The translations under genes and the position numbers were made by a program. From a virus (lineage: Duplodnaviria; Caudoviricetes), in IMG/VR virus record IMGVR_UViG_3300034050_000199, positions 1 through 53,395 of that record: a stretch of DNA of 53,395 nucleotides; one strand, written 5' to 3'. Below, piece by piece: positions 35,365 through 46,182 of this stretch. A model generated the notes under the pieces. That model made no database searches, was not told where the DNA came from, and saw only the letters and a program-made list of their open reading frames with translations. Each line of letters starts with the position of its first letter. Within the stretch, counting starts at the first letter, position 1.

Positions 35365-36594
35365 ATGGCATTTCCAGATGGCGGATTAATTACCGAAACA
35401 AATAGACAATATTATGCTGGAGCACAAGGCTTTCAGGTAGAAGGATTAGGTCAAACGGAATTTACATTCACTTTTGATACTGAATTATTTTTAGGTGGTC
35501 CAGACGCATGGAGTCCAGATGACGCCGGCTATGCTTTAAATAATTTTAAATTATATACTAGTATTAACGGTATAGATTTTACAGAGTACACATCAGAATA
35601 TAGATTATCAAAGAATACAATAACATTTGATACAGCCGTCGGACAAGGAGATGTTGTAGTTGTGCAACTTAAATCAACTGAAGGTGGTAATTATGGAGAC
35701 TATGATGCTTATGGGGACGCCGTAGAGAACAATTACGGAGGTTATTCTTATATTACCTTAGATGATATTATAAATAACTTTATTGTTGCTTATGTTGGCT
35801 CTGGTAAGCTTATATCAGATGTTAAAAGAACCGATGTGTTGTTCCATGCAAAACGTGGATTACAAGAATTTAGTTATGATGTACTAAAAAGCGTAAAATC
35901 GCAAGAACTTACAATACCACCTAGCTTAAGCATTATATTGCCTCAAGACTATGTGAACTATGTTAAAATGTCATGGATAGATAACCAAGGGATTAAACAT
36001 CCGATTTATCCTACATCGTTAACAATAGATCCATCAGAAACCCCATTACAAGATAATATAGGTCAACCAATACAAAGTAGTTATGATGATAACTTAGAAG
36101 GTTCATCTATAACTGAAGAGAGATGGAAGAAAATGAATAATGGCAAATTACTAAACTATATCAATGGAGTTGGTAACAATGACGGATTTGGTAATGGATG
36201 GAACAATGGATATGATTATGGTTACTACGGTAGAAGATACGGTATGGACCCTCAATATGCAAACTACAATGGTACATTTACCATAAACGAAAGCGAAGGA
36301 AAAATATCATTCTCAAGTAATTTAGTTGGTATGTTAATTGTATTTGAATACATATCTGACGGTTTAGCTTACGAATTAGATAGTAAGATACCTAAGATGG
36401 CAGAAGAAGCAATGTATGCACATATATTACATTCAATAATATCTACAAGATCAAATCAACCTGAGTATTTAGTGCAACGTCTTAAAAGAGAAAGAAGTGC
36501 TAAATTAAGAAACGCTAAGATTAGATTATCTAATATTAAATTAGAAGAGTTTACACAGGTTATGAGAGGAAAATCAAAATGGATTAAACACTAA
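35365..36594 (+). CDS. tail ring / tubular protein (P22 gp4-like position)
   Basis: LPQDYVNYVK, EYISDGL...IPK.AEEA.YA motifs; position. Confidence 0.65.
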   Translation: MAFPDGGLITETNRQYYAGAQGFQVEGLGQTEFTFTFDTELFLGGPDAWSPDDAGYALNNFKLYTSINGIDFTEYTSEYRLSKNTITFDTAVGQGDVVVVQLKSTEGGNYGDYDAYGDAVENNYGGYSYITLDDIINNFIVAYVGSGKLISDVKRTDVLFHAKRGLQEFSYDVLKSVKSQELTIPPSLSIILPQDYVNYVKMSWIDNQGIKHPIYPTSLTIDPSETPLQDNIGQPIQSSYDDNLEGSSITEERWKKMNNGKLLNYINGVGNNDGFGNGWNNGYDYGYYGRRYGMDPQYANYNGTFTINESEGKISFSSNLVGMLIVFEYISDGLAYELDSKIPKMAEEAMYAHILHSIISTRSNQPEYLVQRLKRERSAKLRNAKIRLSNIKLEEFTQVMRGKSKWIKH

Positions 36595-36600
36595 AATTAA

Positions 36601-39600
36601 ATGGCAGAAGTAAAAAATAGTTTCCTAAAGTCTAAGATGAATCAAGACTTAGACGATAGACTTATCCCTAATGGGGAATATAGATATGCAAATAATATTT
36701 CAGTTGGAAAATCTGAAACAGATGATATTGGAGCATTAAAAAACGTTCTAGGTAATGAATTACTTTTAAATACACAGTCAGAATATGACGAAGGCATGGA
36801 GTGTATTGGTATATTCATGGATAACCAGAATAACCGTATGTTTCAATTTTTAACGAATTATACGGATCCAAATCCAAATCAAATAACATTTCCAGAAGAT
36901 GTACCACTTCCAAATGGTATAACTGAATGGAAAATGAAAATAGCAATGTACACTTTTGAAGGCAACAGTGCTCCTTATGTAACATTGGTTGACGGGTTAT
37001 TTTTAAATCTTGCAAAAAATAAACAATTTAAAATTACGGGTGTAAATTTAGTTGAAGGTTTATTATTCTGGACTGATAATAGAAATCAACCAAGAAAAAT
37101 AAATGTTGCTAATGCTTTATCTAATATAAATTATTATACTACAGAAGAACAAATATCTGTAGCTAAATATGCTCCGATAGATCCTATAACATTATATAAA
37201 AAAGTAGTTACTACAGCCGATGGCGATTCATCAGGTAATACATTAGAGGTTGTTGATGCGGCTGGCATCGTGCCGGGTATGACATTGGTAACGGAAGATA
37301 TAAGTGGATCAGATTTTTGTACGGTTGTTGATGTTACTGGAAATATTGTAACTTTTTATGAAAATTATCCAGGAACTATTACAGAAGGTACAGAGTTAAC
37401 ATTTTTAATTTCTACAATGTCTGACAAATCCCAATTGCCGTCATGGCCTGGTGACCCTGCTTTTTTAGAAGACAAGTATGTTAGATTTAGTTATCGTTTT
37501 AAATATGATGATAACGAGTATTCATTAATGGCTCCTTTTACACAAATAGCATATATACCTAAGCAGAAAGGTTATTTTATTAATGGAAACGAAACGGACG
37601 CTTATAGAAGTACTGTAATAAATTGGTTTGAAAATAATATTAATAATATAGAATTAATTGTACCGTTCCCTGATAAAATTGGGAATCTCGCTAACAGTTA
37701 TAAAATAATTGAAATTGATATTTTATACAAAGAATCTGATTCAACGGCTATTAAAGTATTTGAAACAGTACCTTTGTCTTTTATAAATACTACAGCTAAT
37801 GCAAATAATAATTATTATATACAACAATATCAATCACAAAAACCATATAAAACATTATCTGAAGATCAAACAGTAAGAGTATATGATAAAGTGCCAGTAA
37901 GAGCCAGGGCTCAAGAATCTGCGGGCAATAGAATAATTTATGGTAATTACTATGATAAATATACTTCGTTAGCTTCTATAAATTACAATATTGCGGTACA
38001 ACCTAAATCAACATCACGTACTAACTTTATAGAATATCCAAATCATACATTAAAAAAGAATAGAAATTATCAAGTAGGCTTTGTAATAGCTGATAAGTTT
38101 GGTAGACAATCACCTGTGATTTTATCTTCCGGTGATTTACCAGGTTTGGATCTTGGACTTGCAGGGTATGCTAAAGGATCAACAGTTTATTCAAGTTACG
38201 AAAATTCAATTTTATTTGATGACGTTCGTACTTGGTTTGGTGATGCTTTAATATTATATTTGAATAGCCCTATAAATCAGCAAAAAGATATACCTACTGG
38301 TCAACCTGGTTTATACGCAATACCTACATCTAATTTTGGGTTTGCAATAACTGATTTTGCTGTAGTTGGGCCAAAAGAATATGCATTTACTATGGATCTA
38401 GATGTATTGGCTTCTCAGTTTATTCCTGAAGTAGGTAATATATTAAGAGGAAAATACGTTGATTATGTAAAGGTATTAGAATCATATCCAGTGTATCAAA
38501 TACCTGGCGATAATACATCTCCTATAGTTAGCGTTACAATTAAAACTTCTGATGACATAAACGATATATATAAATATGTTGATCAAGGATTTGATGTACC
38601 AGATATTAAGTTTTCTTATAAATACAACCCTATTGGATGGTATTCTTATAAAGTTGTTGTTAAACAGCAAGAACAGGATTACTACAATGTGTATTTGCCC
38701 GGCATGTTAAATGGTTATCCTAAGGGTCAAACTTCTGGATCTCAAGTCGTATATGATACAGCAGGTTTGGCATCACTGGAAAACGGTATAAATACTACGC
38801 AGTTTCCGGTAAGTGAGACAGGTAACACATCTCACATCGTATTAATTAATGATAATATTAATAAAGTACCAAGAGATTTATCTGAAGTTGGGCCTGACCA
38901 AAAACAATATAGAAGTAGTGTGCAATTATATGGTAGAGTTGAAAATACTAAAGATACTATAACTATAATAGGTGATGATCCTACATATTCCGCTAAAGTA
39001 ATTATAATAAAATATACAATTGTACCTCCTGGTCCAGGAGAAAAAAACAATGATTGGGCTTTAATAAACCCAGGCGACGGTATTCAATGCGTTGAAGCAA
39101 ATACACCTGTTAATAATACAACTCCAGGGTTAGGAGGCACAATACCAAACCCATATAGATGGTTAGGTGATACTGTTGTTGTTTCTAATGAGGTTGTTGG
39201 TAATGCAGGAACTATAACAATATCGTCTCCAAACTGGGTTCTAGAAGCCAGTGGCACTAACCCTGATTATAAAACATTTATAATTACAAGAGCAGAAAAT
39301 AAACAGTATTTTCCAACTAGAAAAGCTGATACAGTAATATCTATAGCTACCGCTGATGAATTTAATTTTTTGGATAGTTCAGAAGATAATTTAAGTGGTA
39401 CGGCAGGATTAAACTTTTATCAATTGCAAACAAAACCATTAATAGGTAGGGTTTCTACTGTTAATCAGATTGGTGTAACAGCAAAAGATATGATACCTTT
39501 TTTAAGTGTATATGAAACAAGAGCAGAACAAAGCTTATTAGAATTGTTTTGGGAAACAGCAACTACTGGTTTAATATCAGATTTGAATACAGATGTTTTA

Positions 39601-41874
39601 ACGGGATTTAATGGCCCGGTTGGGTTTGGCAATGTTAACTATACTCATTTTGAATGGCAAAACCCTAATGGATTAGGCACAGTTAAAGGAGAAGCTAATT
39701 CGCCATATATAACTGATGAATTTTATGTAGTAGATCAAACAGATACACCTATACAGTTTCCAACTGTAACATTGACATCCGTGTATAATGGGGAATCACC
39801 TCCTGTAAATAGAACTAGTGATTTTGAATTAGAAACTATTCTTCCTACATCACCTGGAGATATTACACAATTTAGATTAAAAATAAAACCTTATGGGCCT
39901 CCGCCTTTAACAGGAACACCATTTGTATTTAATCATACTGCTGGAAATAAAGAATCATACGTTTTTACATTTAATGTAATTGATACTTCGGATCCTGATC
40001 CAAATCAAGCTACCTTAACCTTTAGCGGTAGATTAGGAAACAAAGCCCCAATTATAACCACAACAGATGAATTTTATAGTATAACTCAAACGCCTGGCGT
40101 AGTAGTAGACTTACAAGCTAATAACGGTTCGTTTTCCTCTTCTACTTCGGATTTAAAATGGAGTATAATGAGTGGAAATAATGCAGGTTACTTCCAAATA
40201 AATGCGACTAGTGGCGTTTTAGAAATGATTGATGATACAGTGCCTTTAGGCACATATAACTTGCTTGTTAAAGTACAAGATGCGGTTAATATAACTGATG
40301 GAGAAGTACTAGAGCCGGTTAATACTATATTTGGAACTTTAGAATACACTATTCCATTAACTATAAATGTTGGAGATGCTATTGTAAATCCTTGGTTAAG
40401 ACCTAATTATACAAGCGCCGTTCTAACAGGATCTGCAGGTTGTGGAACTAGCGGAATCGGAAATAGTTTTGGAACTTGGTGGGGTGCGGCTTATATAGGT
40501 CCAAACCCAAATCCGTCAAATGAATATCTACCCGCGATTAATGGTGTTTATCAAGATATTCCATCTTACTTAGCTGGAGCAAATAGAAACGTAGAAGTTA
40601 AAAATTCATTAGATTACAATCCACCAGTGAATAGTCTTCAACCAATTGGTTTAACTGAAGGGGAATATAGATTCTCAATAAAATTAGATGTAAATGCACC
40701 TGGAATATGTCCAGCGGGACCTGGTCAGCCTACTACTAATTCCGCTAATTCAAAAGGGGAAGCGGAAATATATTTGTATAAAAGAGCATACCAGCCGACT
40801 GCTCCTTTACAATGGCAATTAGTCAGAAACGAAAATAATTTTGGTCTACCTAGTCAATCTCCGCCCGTGGTTCTGCCTTATAAAATAGGCCCATTAGAAG
40901 TAAGTACATTTGATAATGAGGGAATAATATTTCAAGGAGCTACAAAATCACTTGTTACTTCCTTTACTATTGAAGCAGAAGAAATACTACAAGAGTATGC
41001 GGTTGTTGTTAGATTGTTTGGTATATATGAAAGCGGTTTTAGTGAAGCAGGACAGACTGTTACTATCTATGGTAATGATGCAAATTTTTCTTATCCAGTA
41101 ACAACATTTCCTTTTTTACCCGCTCAAACAAATGAGTACGAATATTATACGGGAGTAGAGGAAATTACAGCTGGACCGGGACCGGGTTACCCATCGGGTA
41201 TACCTTATGCTACCCAGGATGCAACTAGAGGACTTTCTTATTTTTCAGCTAATAATCAAATAGCTTTAGGTTCGGCCAATGCTGGTAATCTTGTTGTTGA
41301 GCTTACTTTAGTAAATGTTAATAGTCAAATAGTTAAAGGTCTTAGGAGTTTAATTACTAGTGTTGGGCCAGGTAGGGTAATAGATGTTAACCCAATAAAC
41401 CCCGCTCAAATAACATTACAACTTGATTTCCCACCGCCGTCTAATATTGATTTGGCTGGGGCTAATTTACAAGTTAATACGATTGGTGACAATACAGATT
41501 TAGGAAAACTATATATTAATACTGAAGAAGGTACTGAAGCAAGAAGATTTTACACAGATCCTGATTTTATACATCCGTGGACACCTCCTGTGGCTGGTCA
41601 ATTTTACAATTTTATAACAGTTAAAGACTATAATCCGCAAGATTTGGTATTTCCACCAACTTCTCCGTACGCAGGCTTGCCTTTATATAGTAATTTTCCT
41701 ATTTATTGTGCGCGAATTAATGAAAATGGAGAAGTAATAGAACAGGCTGGTTCAACACCTAACGTACAAACAGCTTGGGAAGGAGCAGATGCGTTTAGTA
41801 ATCTTCAAATTTCAAATAGAAATTATAGCTACAATGTATTATACACGGAAACACCGGTACCACCAACACCATAG
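36601..41874 (+). CDS. tail stabilisation / muzzle protein, N-terminal part with cadherin/Ig-like insertions
   Basis: N.F..SKMN.DLD.RL.P.GEYR.A.N, LLFWTDNRNQPRKIN, RFSYRFKY.D.EYS, GNRIIYGNY; cadherin-like SGN.AGYFQINATSG. Confidence 0.8.
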   Translation: MAEVKNSFLKSKMNQDLDDRLIPNGEYRYANNISVGKSETDDIGALKNVLGNELLLNTQSEYDEGMECIGIFMDNQNNRMFQFLTNYTDPNPNQITFPEDVPLPNGITEWKMKIAMYTFEGNSAPYVTLVDGLFLNLAKNKQFKITGVNLVEGLLFWTDNRNQPRKINVANALSNINYYTTEEQISVAKYAPIDPITLYKKVVTTADGDSSGNTLEVVDAAGIVPGMTLVTEDISGSDFCTVVDVTGNIVTFYENYPGTITEGTELTFLISTMSDKSQLPSWPGDPAFLEDKYVRFSYRFKYDDNEYSLMAPFTQIAYIPKQKGYFINGNETDAYRSTVINWFENNINNIELIVPFPDKIGNLANSYKIIEIDILYKESDSTAIKVFETVPLSFINTTANANNNYYIQQYQSQKPYKTLSEDQTVRVYDKVPVRARAQESAGNRIIYGNYYDKYTSLASINYNIAVQPKSTSRTNFIEYPNHTLKKNRNYQVGFVIADKFGRQSPVILSSGDLPGLDLGLAGYAKGSTVYSSYENSILFDDVRTWFGDALILYLNSPINQQKDIPTGQPGLYAIPTSNFGFAITDFAVVGPKEYAFTMDLDVLASQFIPEVGNILRGKYVDYVKVLESYPVYQIPGDNTSPIVSVTIKTSDDINDIYKYVDQGFDVPDIKFSYKYNPIGWYSYKVVVKQQEQDYYNVYLPGMLNGYPKGQTSGSQVVYDTAGLASLENGINTTQFPVSETGNTSHIVLINDNINKVPRDLSEVGPDQKQYRSSVQLYGRVENTKDTITIIGDDPTYSAKVIIIKYTIVPPGPGEKNNDWALINPGDGIQCVEANTPVNNTTPGLGGTIPNPYRWLGDTVVVSNEVVGNAGTITISSPNWVLEASGTNPDYKTFIITRAENKQYFPTRKADTVISIATADEFNFLDSSEDNLSGTAGLNFYQLQTKPLIGRVSTVNQIGVTAKDMIPFLSVYETRAEQSLLELFWETATTGLISDLNTDVLTGFNGPVGFGNVNYTHFEWQNPNGLGTVKGEANSPYITDEFYVVDQTDTPIQFPTVTLTSVYNGESPPVNRTSDFELETILPTSPGDITQFRLKIKPYGPPPLTGTPFVFNHTAGNKESYVFTFNVIDTSDPDPNQATLTFSGRLGNKAPIITTTDEFYSITQTPGVVVDLQANNGSFSSSTSDLKWSIMSGNNAGYFQINATSGVLEMIDDTVPLGTYNLLVKVQDAVNITDGEVLEPVNTIFGTLEYTIPLTINVGDAIVNPWLRPNYTSAVLTGSAGCGTSGIGNSFGTWWGAAYIGPNPNPSNEYLPAINGVYQDIPSYLAGANRNVEVKNSLDYNPPVNSLQPIGLTEGEYRFSIKLDVNAPGICPAGPGQPTTNSANSKGEAEIYLYKRAYQPTAPLQWQLVRNENNFGLPSQSPPVVLPYKIGPLEVSTFDNEGIIFQGATKSLVTSFTIEAEEILQEYAVVVRLFGIYESGFSEAGQTVTIYGNDANFSYPVTTFPFLPAQTNEYEYYTGVEEITAGPGPGYPSGIPYATQDATRGLSYFSANNQIALGSANAGNLVVELTLVNVNSQIVKGLRSLITSVGPGRVIDVNPINPAQITLQLDFPPPSNIDLAGANLQVNTIGDNTDLGKLYINTEEGTEARRFYTDPDFIHPWTPPVAGQFYNFITVKDYNPQDLVFPPTSPYAGLPLYSNFPIYCARINENGEVIEQAGSTPNVQTAWEGADAFSNLQISNRNYSYNVLYTETPVPPTP

Positions 41875-41927
41875 TATATAATACTACAATTAAATTAAAA
41901 ACCATAAAAAAAACGTGATTATAAAGT

Positions 41928-43457
41928 ATGGCAGCAATATTAGAATTAAAATATTTTAACTCTTTTTGGTTAAAGAAACTCGATACAATAGTAGAGGTAC
42001 AAAATACGGGAGCAGAAGTAGAGGGTAATGTCGCTAATTCTGCTACTGTAGTTATAACAACACCAAACAATGAAATTAGGGTTGGACAAACTGTTAGTTG
42101 GGTAGGGGTTCCGGTCCCTAATCCATCTGTGTATAAAGTAATAAGCTCTACTCAATTTGTATTAAGTGAACCTGTAACTATATTGGATGGTGTAGGATTG
42201 AATTTTGGTCCATTAACAGATTTTACTTATGTACCTAATGCTTATGCACCAACACCTACATCAGATTGGTATGTTGAGGAAGCTAGAATTAGAGGTGGAT
42301 ATAATAATACAAATGTGGATCTTGGTGTTAAAGCTTATATTGTTGAGGACAACATTAGACAGCAACACAGACAAAATTCATTAATATACTCTGGTGTATT
42401 CAATTCAAGAACGGGTGTTAATAAAACAAACGAGTTTTCAGTTGGTGAAGATATAACAAGAAGTTTAGATCCATCAAATGGTTCTATTCAAAAATTATAT
42501 TCTGAAGACACAAACTTAATTGTATTCCAAGAATTTAAAGTTAGTCAAGCATTAATTGATAAAGACGCTATCTATTCAGCAGAAGGACAGCCAATGACAA
42601 CATCTGGAGCGCAAGTAATCGGTCAGGTTCAAGCTTATGCTGGTAACTATGGTATTGGTACTAATCCTGAAAGTTTTGCTGTCTATGGCTTCCGTAAGTA
42701 CTTTGTTGATAGAAACAGAAACGTAGTATTAAGATTGTCACAAGATGGTATATCTGAAATATCAGAATATGGAATGGGTGATTTCTTTAGAGATAATCTT
42801 TCTGAAATTGGTAATGACGGATTTATATTAGGTATGTGGGACATGCATAATAAAGAATACGTTTTATCTATGCAACCAATTAATGGAACTTACAAAACAT
42901 TGACATTCGACGAAGACGTTGCTGGTTGGACAAGTTTCTTTGATTTTAAACCAAACTGGGGCGGAAGTTTAAGAAATAACTTTTACACATTTAAAAATGG
43001 AGAAATATGGAAGCACTATTCGCCAGGTAATAGCGGATGGGGTAGATTCTATGGAGTTACTTATGATTCATCAGTTGAAGTTATATTTAATCCTGATGTA
43101 TCTTTAGTTAAGACTTTTAAAACAATAAATTATGAAGGAAGTACTGGTTGGGAAACTTTATCGTTTTACACTGACTCTGATATTTCAGTTCCTATATCTA
43201 AAGCATCTTATACAACGACTCTTGCTGATTTAGAATTACAATTATTTACTAATTCATTCAAGAGAAAAGAAGATAAATACTTTGCAAATCTTATTAACAT
43301 TACGCCAGCCTCAAATAGTGAAGTGGTATGGGGTAACTCAATGACGGGTGTAAAAGGAACAACAGCAACGGTTAGAATGAGATATTCAAATACGGATTTA
43401 CAGAAGAGTGGAACACTGTTTGCGGTATCTTCTGACTACATAGATTCATCTTACTAA
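41928..43457 (+). CDS. tail stabilisation / muzzle protein, C-terminal-like part
   Basis: LIYSG.FNSRTGVN..NEF, GSIQKL, YGI..NPESFA.YG...YFVD, GWTSF, K.FKTINYEG. Confidence 0.8.
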   Translation: MAAILELKYFNSFWLKKLDTIVEVQNTGAEVEGNVANSATVVITTPNNEIRVGQTVSWVGVPVPNPSVYKVISSTQFVLSEPVTILDGVGLNFGPLTDFTYVPNAYAPTPTSDWYVEEARIRGGYNNTNVDLGVKAYIVEDNIRQQHRQNSLIYSGVFNSRTGVNKTNEFSVGEDITRSLDPSNGSIQKLYSEDTNLIVFQEFKVSQALIDKDAIYSAEGQPMTTSGAQVIGQVQAYAGNYGIGTNPESFAVYGFRKYFVDRNRNVVLRLSQDGISEISEYGMGDFFRDNLSEIGNDGFILGMWDMHNKEYVLSMQPINGTYKTLTFDEDVAGWTSFFDFKPNWGGSLRNNFYTFKNGEIWKHYSPGNSGWGRFYGVTYDSSVEVIFNPDVSLVKTFKTINYEGSTGWETLSFYTDSDISVPISKASYTTTLADLELQLFTNSFKRKEDKYFANLINITPASNSEVVWGNSMTGVKGTTATVRMRYSNTDLQKSGTLFAVSSDYIDSSY

Positions 43458-43468
43458 AATTTAATTAA

Positions 43469-43942
43469 ATGAATGACAAATTAGAAACAAAAACTGAGAA
43501 TAGAATAATTAGCCAAGACTATATTGATAAGGTAGAACATTTAGAGCAAACGTTGCTAGCAATGAACGATCCTAATGTAGCTAAAGGTAATACAGATTTG
43601 TTTCCATTAAAGCATTCATTTTCACACGGTATATACATACGGGAGATGTTTATGGAGAAAGATAGCGTTGTTATCGGTAAACTTCATAAGTTCTCCCATA
43701 CGTGGTTTTTATTGAAAGGTCAATTACTAGTATCAACAGATGAAGGATCAAATCAATACATAGCTCCTTGTTATGTTAATGCTCCTGCTGGTACAAAAAG
43801 AGTTATATATGCGGAAGAGGATTCTATATTTATAAATGTCCACCCAAACCCGGATAATATAACAGATACAGATGAACTTGAGGATATTTTAGCATGCACA
43901 TCGTATAAAGAATATAATGAATATAAACTATTAAAAGAATAA
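43469..43942 (+). CDS. cupin-like protein
   Basis: HSFS.GIYIRE......VIGKLHK..H..FLL.G...AP....PAGTKR. Confidence 0.7.
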   Translation: MNDKLETKTENRIISQDYIDKVEHLEQTLLAMNDPNVAKGNTDLFPLKHSFSHGIYIREMFMEKDSVVIGKLHKFSHTWFLLKGQLLVSTDEGSNQYIAPCYVNAPAGTKRVIYAEEDSIFINVHPNPDNITDTDELEDILACTSYKEYNEYKLLKE

Positions 43943-43945
43943 TAT

Positions 43946-44749
43946 ATGAGTATGGTAGTAGTTGGAGTAATAGGTGCCGCAGGCACAATAGCTTCAGGAT
44001 TAATAGGTGCTGGTGCTGCTAAGAAAAGAGAAAGAGCAGCTGCACAAGATAAAGCTAGATTAGGTGCTGAGCTTAACCAATTAGAAAATAGTAGACAAGC
44101 AATTATAAATCCTTACTCTACAACAAAAGACATGAGTAGCTTGGCTAAAGATTTATCTGGTACATTAAGTAATCCTTATGCTAATTTAGGTGTTGCTACA
44201 AATGCAGCTAAATTTGAGGCAGAGCAGATTGATGTTTCATTAGCAAATACATTGGACACGTTAAAAGATACTGGAGCAGGAGCAGGTGGTGCAACAGCAT
44301 TAGCTCAAGCGGCATTAAAAGCTAAACAAGGTATTTCTTCTAATATTGAATCTCAAGAGGCTAACAATGAAAAAATGAAAGCACAAGGAGAAGCAAATTT
44401 ACAAGAGGCTAAAATGCAAGAGAAACAAAGAATACAAGGTGTTCAAATTGATGAAGCTCGTCGCGTGCAATCAGCAGAGGCGGCTGGTAAGTCATTTATG
44501 TTTGGCGCACAAGAAAATAGAGAACAACAAAAAATAGACAGAGTTGCGGGACAATTAGCCGGAGCCGGAGCACAACAAATGCAGGCACAAGCGGATAGAA
44601 CAGGCGCAATTACCGGTATGATTGGTGGTTTATCATCAATAGCAGGAAGTATGGCTGGAAGTGCTGGATCTGGAGCAACAAGTACTCCCGGGTCAGGAGC
44701 AGGCTATGCATCTCAGTTTGGAGCAATGGCAAATCAATTTAAAAAATAA
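43946..44749 (+). CDS. internal virion / ejection (pilot-like) protein
   Basis: Gly/Ala-rich hydrophobic ends, Gln-rich coiled coil, GAGAGGATALAQAA. Confidence 0.7.
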   Translation: MSMVVVGVIGAAGTIASGLIGAGAAKKRERAAAQDKARLGAELNQLENSRQAIINPYSTTKDMSSLAKDLSGTLSNPYANLGVATNAAKFEAEQIDVSLANTLDTLKDTGAGAGGATALAQAALKAKQGISSNIESQEANNEKMKAQGEANLQEAKMQEKQRIQGVQIDEARRVQSAEAAGKSFMFGAQENREQQKIDRVAGQLAGAGAQQMQAQADRTGAITGMIGGLSSIAGSMAGSAGSGATSTPGSGAGYASQFGAMANQFKK

Positions 44750-44757
44750 AAATATAT

Positions 44758-46164
44758 ATGGGAGCATATTCAAATCCACAAATACCTATTGACACACAAT
44801 CAGGACAATACTATAGGGATCTTACAAATACAATAGCAAGCAATACTGTTAATACTATTAACACATGGGCCGCAAAAGCCGCTGAGAATAAAAAAAATAA
44901 TGAAGCTTTAAAAGTAAAAGTCGGAGAAGAAGAAAGTGCGTTATATAGAAATCTAAGCAGCACACAGCAACAAAATCCTACAGTTAATTTTGAAGAATTA
45001 TATAGACCTCAAATAAAAAGATACGCTGAATTAAGAACAAGCATATTAAACGGAACAAGTACTGATCCTTCTAGAGATAGAATGGAAGCAGATAAAATAT
45101 TTGCAAGTGTTGGTAATATTAAAAATTCATTAGTGGATTTATCAAGTGAAGGTTTTGATGAAAAATATTCTAAAATGGGTGGTGCAGGTGGTTATGCCGT
45201 AAAAGAAAATGATCCAAATGTTATGAAGTCAATGCTAATATTCTCAGGTAAATTACCCGGTAAAAAAGTAGCAAGATTTGAAGATAATGATCCTTCTAAA
45301 GTAGTTTGGGATATATACGACGGTGAAACTAAAATACAATCTTTATCAGCTGAACAATTAAAGAAAGCGGCTAGTGGCCAAGGTTTATTAAAAGTAATAC
45401 CAAATGCTGCAGATTCTATAGACAATGCAAAAGCCGCTGTACCCGATGTATTTGATGTGAAAGATGGATTGCCAACTGGAACAATTAAACAAGAATATTT
45501 AGGAGAGGTATACGAAAAGGAATTACCTGGACAAGAAACATCGATAGTTAGTGGTTATCAAAAAAATACCAAAAAGTATGTAGCTACAGCAAAAATTAAT
45601 AAAGAAGCTATTATGGCAAACCAAAACTTTTTAAATGTTTTAAATGCTAAAGCTGACGGTTTCATTAATGGCTCTGCGGATAATTCTCAAGCAATATTAT
45701 TCCACAATACATATATTGCTAAGTCAGATCAAGATTTGCTTGAATGGGATAAACCTATGACTACAGAACAACAAAATAAATTCAAATACGATTATAGAAT
45801 GTTTGTTATAGATGGATTACCGGAAGAACAAACTGTTCCAGGATCTGGAATTATTGAAAAAGAAGAAATTACAAAACAAGTTATATCTAAACCAACAGGT
45901 GGTAAAGGAGGAAGTAATAAACCAAATAAACCATCTGCGGCCGCTGAAAAACAAGCAAAATTAGATGCCGAAGTTGCTGATTTAATAAAAACTAAAAAAG
46001 GAGGCCTTACTAGACAAGGGTATACATTAAGTATTATAGATGGCAGATGGGGCCTTTATGATAAAGATGGGTTACCAAAACCTGGAACAGAAAATATTAC
46101 AAGTCCTACAGAATTAGCTACATTTATTGGTGGATCACGACCAAGTAAAACAAAATTAAAATAA
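44758..46164 (+). CDS. putative internal virion protein
   Basis: 468 aa between the pilot-like gene and the giant gene; call is positional. Confidence 0.6.
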   Translation: MGAYSNPQIPIDTQSGQYYRDLTNTIASNTVNTINTWAAKAAENKKNNEALKVKVGEEESALYRNLSSTQQQNPTVNFEELYRPQIKRYAELRTSILNGTSTDPSRDRMEADKIFASVGNIKNSLVDLSSEGFDEKYSKMGGAGGYAVKENDPNVMKSMLIFSGKLPGKKVARFEDNDPSKVVWDIYDGETKIQSLSAEQLKKAASGQGLLKVIPNAADSIDNAKAAVPDVFDVKDGLPTGTIKQEYLGEVYEKELPGQETSIVSGYQKNTKKYVATAKINKEAIMANQNFLNVLNAKADGFINGSADNSQAILFHNTYIAKSDQDLLEWDKPMTTEQQNKFKYDYRMFVIDGLPEEQTVPGSGIIEKEEITKQVISKPTGGKGGSNKPNKPSAAAEKQAKLDAEVADLIKTKKGGLTRQGYTLSIIDGRWGLYDKDGLPKPGTENITSPTELATFIGGSRPSKTKLK

Positions 46165-46182
46165 AAAATAACAATAATATAT

